From the human T2T-CHM13v2.0 reference genome, Homo sapiens, in NCBI RefSeq assembly GCF_009914755.1, contig NC_060946.1: a DNA stretch of 64,000 nucleotides; one strand, 5' to 3'. The notes under the pieces were generated by a model. The model made no database searches. It was not told the origin of the DNA and saw nothing but the letters and a program-made list of their open reading frames with translations. The translations under genes and the position numbers were made by a program. Below are positions 56,044 to 64,000 of the stretch, in pieces; the first letter of the stretch is position 1, and every line of letters starts with the position of its first letter.

Positions 56044-56721
56044 CATCAGACTTTTGCCAAATTCCATTGCACATCTGCTCTACAATCAAAGACACCTTGG
56101 ATCTAATTCTCCTTCTAATATTACTACTCATATCAGTACTGTTCTCAACTGACCTATTAGGAGACTCAGACAATTACACTCCAGCAAATCTCCTCAACAC
56201 ACCACCTGACATTAAACCAGAATGGTGCCTTTCATTTGCCTATGCAATTCTACATTAAACCAGAAGGGTGTCTTCTATTTGCCTATGCAATTCCACATTA
56301 AACCACAGTAGTGTATTTCATTTGCCAATGCAATTCCACATGAAACCAGAATGGCAACTTTCATTTGCCTATGTAATTCCACATTAAACCAGAATGGTAC
56401 TTTTCATTTGCCTATGCAATTCTACACTCCATTCCTAATGAACTAGGAGGCATGCTGGCCCTTGTCTTCTCCATTCTTATCCTAGCTGTTGTTCCAACAC
56501 TTCACATATCTAAACAACAAGGCATAATATTCTGACCATTAAGCCAATGTCTATTCTGAATTCTAGTAGCAGACCTTCTTACACTTACATGAATCGGGGG
56601 CCAACCTGTTGAACACCTCTTTATTATTATGAGCCAAGCAGCATCCATTGTGTACTTTTCCCTTATCCTTCTTTTTATACCAATTACTAGCCTAATCGAA
56701 AACGAGCTACTCAAATGAAGA
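56044..56721 (+). pseudogene. MTCYBP34: MT-CYB pseudogene, 3' part
   Basis: [25 protein letters not shown]...[13 protein letters not shown]...LLKW-AGA. Symbol from memory. Confidence 0.85.
56210..56424 (+). repeat. 5 x 43 bp diverged tandem repeat within the NUMT CYTB
   Basis: Units start at 56210, 56253, 56296, 56339 and 56382 (cattaaaccagaatgg...tttgcctatgcaattc). Confidence 0.95.
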
Positions 56722-56722
56722 A

Positions 56723-56860
56723 GTCCTTGTAGTATCATTAAGTGACTCTGGTCTGTAAACCAAAAATGGAGGACCCGGCTCCTTGGGACCATTTCCAGGA
56801 AGAAGCTTCTTGCTCCACAACCAGCACCCAAAGCTGAAATTCTACTTAAACTATTCCCTG
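56723..56860. pseudogene. NUMT tRNA-Thr (plus) and tRNA-Pro (minus)
   Basis: gtccttgtagtat...tgtaaacc; cagcacccaaagctgaaattct...aaactattccctg. Confidence 0.85.
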
Positions 56861-58014
56861 ATTTTTGTACTTGAAGTGCAATACATTTATTTTAACTGCT
56901 ATGTCAGATTGGAAAATCCACATAAATTACTGTTGCAACTATGTACATCATGCATTCCTGCTTGACCCCATGAATTAACATGCTAGTACTAGATGTGCCT
57001 GATCGTATATTGTATATTTATGTATCGTACCTTAAATCTTCACCTCCATGAATATTTAGCAGGAGTAATAATGTCACAGCAACCTGTCATACATTCATCA
57101 AACATTCTGCAGAAAGCGATTAACATACATATATATCATCCAGTATAATAATCCCTTAATATTGCATAGGACTTTCAGTTATTTATGAATCATAGCACAT
57201 TCAAGTCAAATCATTTCTCAGCAACACGCTTATCACCTCCTAAAAACATTCTTAACTAACAAGCTTTGAGAAATCAGCAGCCTGCTTGGAAAGTTCTATC
57301 CTTCTTACTCCCGGCCCATGACACTTGGGGGTAATTAGACTGCAACTATACCTGGCATCTGGTTCTTCCTTCAGGGCCATGGAGACTAAGATCGTCCACT
57401 TGTTCCTCTTAAATAAGACACCTCAATGATTTAGTGACAATCACCTCATGGTCACTTGCAGAAGTACTGACATGTATTTGGTAGTTTTTAAATTGGGAGA
57501 TGCTATGACTCAGCATGGTGGGAGCCTGAACCCAGCCAACTCCATTGTAGCTGGAGTTTAATGGAATATTACGAGTCAACACTTACAACCACAAGGTGCT
57601 AATTTATTCATGCTTGACAGATATCATGAAAAGAAAATGCACGTTCAAGCTCACCCTTTCTCCAAACATGTATCTGATTTACTCCTCAAACTCCCCTGCC
57701 CCCTTTTCCCTGGACTAACCTAATTATGCCAAAAAAAATTGTTTGTTCTTGCCAAGCCCAAAAACAAGATATGTATAACATCAATGACAGCCAGGGCTCA
57801 CACTCCAAATCAAATTGTAATCTCAACTACAATTACATTTTAGCCAAACTTTCAATTAAACCTATTTCAAAAACACATGATTGTAAAATAAAAACCAGGC
57901 TATCTAGGCTAAAAATCCCACTTTTTATTTCTAAAGTTACTAAATATTGCCCTAATACTAGCATAGTACTTCAACCCTTCATTTTGTAACAGAGAGAAAA
58001 TTGTCTAGATCCGA
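56861..58014 (+). pseudogene. NUMT copy of the complete mitochondrial control region
   Basis: Central domain ggcatctggttctt..tcagggccat...cttaaataagaca, CSB1-like 57604-57625, CSB2-like 57687-57703, CSB3-like 57750-57769. Confidence 0.88.
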
Positions 58015-58708
58015 ATTAATGTAGCTTATGATATTAAAACAAGGCACTGAAAATGCCTAGGTTAGTTCATGTAACTCCATGAACACAAAGGCATAGTTCT
58101 GGTCTTTTTATTGGGTTTTAATAAGATTACACATGTAAGCATCTGGATTCCAGTGAAAACGCCCTCCAGATCATCTAATTTCAAAAGGAGCAGGTACTAA
58201 GTGCACAGCCCTACATCATAACACCTTGCTCAACCACGACCCCACGGGAAACAGCAGTGATAAAAAAAAAAAAGCAATAAATGAAAGTTTGACTAAGCTA
58301 TACTAAACTATTAGGGTTGGTAAATTTCATGCCAGCTACCGGAGTCATACAATTAACCCAAACTCACAAAAACAAGCATTCAGCGTGTTTAAGGCAATTC
58401 TCATAATAAAGCTAAACTTTAAACCGAGCCGTGAAAAGCTCAAGCTAAAATAAAAAGAAACTACAACAATGATTTTAGTATCCTGAGAACATGATAGCTA
58501 AGGCCCAAACTGGGACTAAATCTCTCACTGTGCTTAGCCATAAACTTAAATAATTTAATAAACAGAATTATTTACCAGAGCACTATAAGCAATAGCTTAA
58601 GCCTCAAAGGACATGGCGATGCTTTACAGCTCTCGAGAGGGGCCTGTTCTATATTCAATAAGCTCCGATATACCTCAGCATCTCTTGGTAACTCAGCCTG
58701 TATACTGC
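58015..58708 (+). pseudogene. NUMT tRNA-Phe (58015-58085) and 5' two-thirds of 12S rRNA
   Basis: aatgtagctta..aaggcactgaaaatgcctag; ccccacgggaaacagcagtgat; caaactggga; ctcaaaggacatggcg. Confidence 0.9.
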
Positions 58709-59573
58709 TTAAACAATCTCACAGGAAGTCACCCCATCTATTAATTATTCTTTTATCAGTCCCCTTGATAAGTGGGTCATCCACTTTATCATCTCTTATT
58801 CTTGCACAATAATCTGCATGATTGATTTTACCATCATGACCCCTGTCCATAATGTAATTCATCTCAACACTAGCAGAAACTAACCGAGCCCCATTTGACC
58901 GGCAGAATGTGATTTAGAGCTAGTCTCAGGCTTCAGTATAGTTATTTATTTAATTTTTTTTTTGAGACAAAGTCTCACTCTGTCACCCAGGCTGGAGTGC
59001 AATGGTGCGATCTCGGCTTACTGCAACCTCTGCCTCTGGGCTCAAGCGATTCTCGAGCCTCAGCCTCCTGAGTAGCTGGGATTACAGGTGCACACCACCA
59101 TCCTAGCTGATTTTTGTATTTTTAATGGAGATGGGGTTTCTCCATGTTGACTGGGCTGGTTCTGGAACTCCTGACCTCATGTGATCCACCTGCATCGACC
59201 TCCCAAACTGCTGAGATTACAGGAGTGAGCCATTGCGCCCGGCCCGGCTTCAATGTTGAATATGCTGCAGGTTCATTGGTTGTTTCTTCATAGCAGAATA
59301 TACTAACATTATTATAATAAATGTCCTAACTACTATTATTTTTCCAGGAGTACTACATGATGTCTTTATAGCAAAAATCTATACAATTAATTCCATTACC
59401 AAACTCTCCTACTGAGAACCCTGTTTCTGTGAATCAGGGCATCAGACCTATGAGTTTGATATGATCAACTTATGCATCTTCCCGTGAAAAAACTTTCTAT
59501 TCCTTACTCTAGCCCTATGCATACAGAATGTTTAAATATCTGTCCTAATATCTAGTATTCAGCCACAAACATG
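58709..59573 (+). pseudogene. MTND1P10: MT-ND1 pseudogene, 3' part, split by an Alu
   Basis: ISTLAETNRAPFD..ELVSGFNVEYAAG..FFMAEYTNII..YDQLMHL. Symbol from memory. Confidence 0.85.
58943..59245 (-). mobile_element. Alu inserted in NUMT ND1
   Basis: TSD ggcttca. Confidence 0.95.
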
Positions 59574-59960
59574 GGAAATATGTCTGATAAGAGAGTTACT
59601 TTGACAGAGTAAATTACAGAGGTTTAAATCTTCCTATTTCTAGAATTACAGGAATTGAAACTAGTCCTAAGAAGTCAAAATTCTCCATGCTATCTGATAC
59701 ACCATGTCCTATAGTAATAGCAGCTAATAAGTAAGGGCAGCTTACCCTATGGTAATGGCAGCTAAATAAGTTATCAGGCCCATACCCAAAATATGCTAGT
59801 TTATACCCTTCCTGTACTAATCAGTTCTCTAATCTTCCTCACTATCCTATTCACTATTTTTATAGAAACTGTAATTATAGTAATCGCCTTACACTGTCTC
59901 TTAATCTGAAAGGATTAGAAATAAATATGCTAGTCATAATCCCCATAAAAGGCCAAACCC
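59574..59960. pseudogene. NUMT tRNA-Ile, tRNA-Gln (minus), tRNA-Met (5' arm triplicated) and start of ND2
   Basis: gaaatatgtctgataa..gagttactttga; aaaattctcc; cagctaaataag..ggcccatacc; ggattagaaataaatat. Confidence 0.85.
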
Positions 59961-59961
59961 A

Positions 59962-60061
59962 GGCCGGGAATGGTGGCTCACACCTATAATCTCAACACTT
60001 TGGGTGGCTGAGGTGGGTGGACTGCTTAAGGCCAGGAGGTCGAGACCAGCCTCGGCAACAT
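59962..60061 (+). mobile_element. Alu left-arm fragment at the NUMT/ERVL junction
   Basis: ggccgggaatggtggctcacacc..., truncated at ggcaaca. Confidence 0.85.
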
Positions 60062-60062
60062 T

Positions 60063-61685
60063 CATAGGGAGTGAGGCCATGCTTGGTAGTGAGTGACTCA
60101 TTCAAAGTTTTCATGGTTTCAGGGAGATTCTTAGTCTAGGACCCCCAAGAGCCATCCTGGGACAGTGCTCATATGTGGGTCTTTAGCAGGGCACTCTTCC
60201 ACTGAGGTCTGCCCCAGTGGGTTACATGAGCTGTGGAACCTCCAGTCTATGGATTGTTCTGATGCCCAGTGCTGGAAATCATGGCCCATGAAAGGGGGCC
60301 CTGATCTCTATCTGTCCTTTTAGCCATGCCATTCGTGACACTAAGAGCGGTGAGACACTTCATGGTCTCCAGTTGGGTGGCACGTTTTACACTGAAGGCC
60401 TGTAGTAGCCTCATTGTTGTATCCACACAGGTTAAGTCATACCGTTTCCCTCCGCTCTGGGGCGGGGGGGCCAATAAAATCGACTCGCCAGTCCCGCACA
60501 GGTTGTATGGCTCGATGTATGTGACCCGGTGTGGAGGGAACCTTTCTAGTCGCAGCCATGAACAGGTCCCGGGGTTCTGAACAGCTGCTAGATTATCTGC
60601 ACAGTGGGCAGGGAAGCCTACAGTCTTTGCTTTGGCCCACCTCATGGCTGCCCCCTGGTGGTCGCTCTTATAAGGTAGCCACATGGCAGCCTCCCACAAT
60701 GGGCTCCAGCAAACCATGGGAACATGCTTAAGGGCGCCTGCCTCCTGATTTCCAGGAGACAGCTTAGGACTATGTGCATCAACATGGTACACCATAAGAT
60801 GCACATCATTCTTTTGTCACCTGACGTGGATATTCTGCCACATGGACAGGCCCTCAAAGGGGCCTGCCCCAAACCTCCCAACTGTAAGCAGCCCATTGAC
60901 TGCTTTGTCGTTACCCCCATTCTATCCGTATGGTGTCAGTATCCATTTGCACCGTCAGCACTGACCGTAAGTGTTAGGTGCTCTTGCTAGTTCCATGTGT
61001 TTGCCTGGCAGATATCGTAAGGGTCGCCTCATATATGGTAGTTGGCATGGTAGGTGGATCTATTGCCATGTCCGCTCTTTCAAGCACGTCCTGTAGTACT
61101 TGACTTAAAGGACTAGTGGACAGGGCATCCCTTTGTTGCAGAGAGGCATGGCATTTCTGTAGGATGTGTGGTTGTGCCACCCCGGGAGGCGGGCTTGGCT
61201 AGGAGACCTTCCATTCACCCTTGTATAAGGTAGGCAGTCTTTACTGGGACAGTCTGCTTTCTGGCGATGGCCTCTGCTCGTTGCAATGTCCTATACATGG
61301 CCAATAGCTGCTGCTCCAGCACTGTAAAGTGAGATTCTGCTCCCTTCCACAGTTGAGACTGAAACCCTACAGGTACCATTCCTGTGGGTTGCATTTGCGA
61401 CAAACTCCAACTCAGGTCAGTGGCGTCTCTAGTGACTTCCAGTACAAGAGGGTGCTGTGGTCATGAGGCTCCTGTTGCTTGAGCTTGTTTCACCCATATT
61501 TTGTTTTGTCAGAAGCCTCTTGCTCCATATCTGTCCAGTCCCATTTGTTTCACCTTTCTTTATTAGAGTGTATAATGGGCAAAGGGATTGTGCCAAATGA
61601 GGAATGAATATCCTCCAGTAGCCCAGTAAACCTAGGAAAACCTGCAGTTGCTTTACTGTCTGAGGAACAGCATGGATGCGGGCTT
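60063..61685 (-). mobile_element. Class III ERV (ERVL/HERV-S-like) pol remnant: RT end, RNase H, integrase start
   Basis: ORF fragments QLQVFLGLLGYWRIFIPHLAQ, PVGFQSQLWKGAE..FTVLEQQLLA, YHVDAH and YDLTCVDT, with multiple frameshifts. Confidence 0.88.
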
Positions 61686-61860
61686 GATGGTCCCCTGGGG
61701 CCCATCGGAGTCTCTTCCCAGGAAATTGGAGGACCTGAAGGAAAACCCTTAGAGGCAGCAGGCAGTGGAGCTGAGGCCTGAAGAGGAGCTGGTTTCCCAC
61801 TGCTGACACCCCTGAGGCTTTCCGGATCCCTGGTCTTCCCTAAACCTGGCTTTAAAATTG

Positions 61861-61863
<3 letters not shown>

Positions 61864-61899
<36 letters not shown>
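61864..61899 (+). repeat. (TG)n microsatellite
   Basis: About 18 TG units. Confidence 0.95.
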
Positions 61900-61900
<1 letters not shown>

Positions 61901-62477
61901 TGTCCATACATGTGTGTGTGCACACCCATAGATTTCTTTATTTATTTAATTCTGTGAGCTTTCTCTCTGGATTCTTCCAATACATGTCTCTACTGCAGAG
62001 TTAGCCAGAGGATTTTAAAAAGCTTTCGCTTCACTTTTGTTCTTGCATTTGCTTTTGACTTTGTTTTGCTTTGCGCTCTCCTTGCTTCAAAAAAAAATGT
62101 TAACTGATACAAACATTGTCCCAAAGAGTTGGTTGCAGATCACAGGCCCTCAGATGATTGGCATATTTGGAATAAGTTTTCAGGCTGAGAGGAGGGCAGA
62201 GCAACAGTGAGCCAACCCCAACCCCAGCATTCCGGGGAGCACCTGCTGTCATCTTGTGGAAAGGGGCAAGGAACGCTGGCACCTGAAGCAGGATAGGTCA
62301 CTTCAGACAAATGCCTGGCTTTGACATTTTTCCTGAAGGCGTCTGATAAATTGTGGCTGTTGATATTTTTGGCTGACTTTCCTATGAAAAGCAAATTCTG
62401 TAGGTTTCTGGTTACATGATAAATTTCGTCCTCGCCAGATCTTCTAAGCGCACATGAGGGCCCTGATAGGGAGAGAG

Positions 62478-62967
62478 TGGTGTGTTAGCTCCTCCCCTGC
62501 TGTAACAAAGCACCACAGACACAGTGGCTCAAACCAACACGAAGTTCTTCTGGAGCTCAGAAGTCCTAAAATCAAGGTGTGGGCAGAGCTGCGTTCCTTC
62601 TGGAGGCTCTGGAAGAAGAAGCCATTCCATTGCCTCTTCCAGCTCTTGGAGGAAACTGCTGGCCTTGGCTCCTGTCTCCTTCCTTCCTCTTCAAAGTCAG
62701 CCTTGTAGCATCCTCCGATCTCTCCCAGTCTCTCTCCCCTTCTATCATCTCATCTCCTTTTCTCCCTCTCACCCTACTGTCTCTGCCTTAGAAGGACCCT
62801 TGTGGTTACATTGGACCCACTTAAAGAATCCCAAATAATCTCCCATCTCCAGATCCTTATCTGGACGATAACTGCAAGGTCCCTTTTATGATGGAAGGTG
62901 ATATAATCGCAAGTCCCAGGGTTAGGACATGCACATCTGTAGGGGGCTGTTATTCAGCCTAAAACAA
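62478..62967 (-). mobile_element. MLT1-type MaLR LTR (paralog of 13545-14017)
   Basis: Same motifs, inside the duplicated block. Confidence 0.8.
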
Positions 62968-64000
62968 GTTGCATCAAGAAAATTACAATGGGGATATCAA
63001 GGAGTTTGAAGAATCCCAACTCGTAGCCATGTCTAAGGGCTTTTCTGAGGTACAGGCCCCGCTAGAGGAAGCTGCTCCAACTCTGTTCCTGTCTGCTCCT
63101 GCCCCACTCTCTGTTTCTAGACAGCCTGCGTTCAAGTCATTGTGGCCCAAGACTGAACTGCAGAATGGAAAGGAGTGAGGCGCTGCAGCAGAAGGAGCTC
63201 GCTGTCAAAGCTCCAAAGAGCCGGAGACCATTTGCAGGGTGGGGTCTGAGGGAGGTTGGCAAGGAAAGGGGAGCATCATGTGGATTCCTTTCCATAGTCG
63301 TCATGAGCTAACACACTTCGCCCCAACAGCTGGCTTAGATTCTAATTGTGCCCAGGACTGGCCATGCAACCCTTGAGTAAATGCTGGCCACCTCTCTATG
63401 ACACCAAAAGGCCAGAAATTACCTGGCATGATAAAGAAGAAGGAGTCAAGTGTATAGGAGACCGGAGGGTTAGACTGGATTTCTCAGGCGCTTTCTGCCC
63501 TGACTGTGTGCTGCCAGGGCCCAGGAGATTCCCCTTTCCTTTGATGAGAAGAATCAGTGGATATTCTCTAGAGCTCTCTAGAATGGGGGAGGGGCTAGGA
63601 CCCTGGTCTCTTTAGGGTGGGAGAAATTCCAAGAGGCAAACCCTAGGGTGAGGCAGGTGGTGGCCAGAAGAAAAGAGTGTGGACACCAGGTCAGGAAGCA
63701 GGGAGGGCGCATGATCTGGGCTCAGGGACGTTCCACATGCAGAATCCAGCAACAGAGCTGGTGGACAGTCTACTGACTTCGCAAAACCCCCAGTCTGGTG
63801 AGCAGGCACCTGTCACAGGTCATCATGCTGGATGGCCCCTGCTTGTCACTCAATTCTCAGGCCTGACTCATAGCACAGACCCAGAGCCCTTGAAGGAAAG
63901 GGAGGCCAGGAGTCTGCAAAAGGCCCCGTCATTTCCCATAAGTGCAGCCTGTGAGCGTTCCTCCTACCTGTTCTCCCTGGACCTGGAGCGTCCCCTCAGA

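Larger units (their letters stand above)
52610..59960 (+). pseudogene. Ancient NUMT: COX1(3')-COX3 // CYTB(3')-D-loop-12S(5') // ND1(3')-ND2(5'), with three Alu insertions
   Basis: Mitochondrial gene order and motifs recognisable throughout, with numerous stops and frameshifts. Confidence 0.97.
61690..63865 (+). repeat. Segmental duplication copy B (paralog of 12790-14930)
   Basis: e.g. ggaaattggaggacctgaa, gatcttctaagcgcacatgagggccctgat and gtgggagaaattccaagaggc occur in both copies in the same order. Confidence 0.92.

Noticed and set aside
56210-56424. CRISPR-like array
   Set aside because: The variable parts are diverged copies of the same CYTB sequence, not unique spacers; eukaryotic context with no cas genes.
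52973-59819. Functional tRNA or rRNA genes
   Set aside because: NUMT copies with broken stems and anticodons (e.g. tRNA-Ile GAT read as GAC) and truncated 12S.
60247-61809. Intact or domesticated retroviral pol gene
   Set aside because: Split across several frames with stops; no LTRs and no complete domains.

Overview
Primate (human) genomic DNA from the apolipoprotein L cluster, recognised from the protein sequence as chr22q12.3. The only intact protein-coding gene is APOL3 on the minus strand: a 402-aa form from exons 41076-40854, 25787-25661 and 22246-21388, and a 331-aa form starting MDSE at 29245. Its poly(A) signal lies inside an LTR at about 20.5 kb. Upstream of APOL3 (higher coordinates) are a deleted ERV1 provirus with a nested LTR, a MER4-group ERV, an ancient ~7.3 kb NUMT (COX1-COX3 / CYTB-D-loop-12S / ND1-ND2) and an ERVL pol remnant. 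The rest is Alu, LTR and L1 repeat plus older duplicated segments. I found no evidence for a wholly new biological system. The most interesting observations are broken APOL1-type signal-peptide exons inside APOL3 intron 1, an orphan degenerate copy of an APOL 5' end at 5.6-9.0 kb, strong IRF/ISRE sites, and a NUMT that looks older than the anthropoid changes in mtDNA and carries a 5 x 43 bp amplification of the CYTB PEWY motif. Repeat subfamily names, pseudogene symbols and rsIDs come from memory and were not checked against a database. Repeat and NUMT boundaries are approximate.
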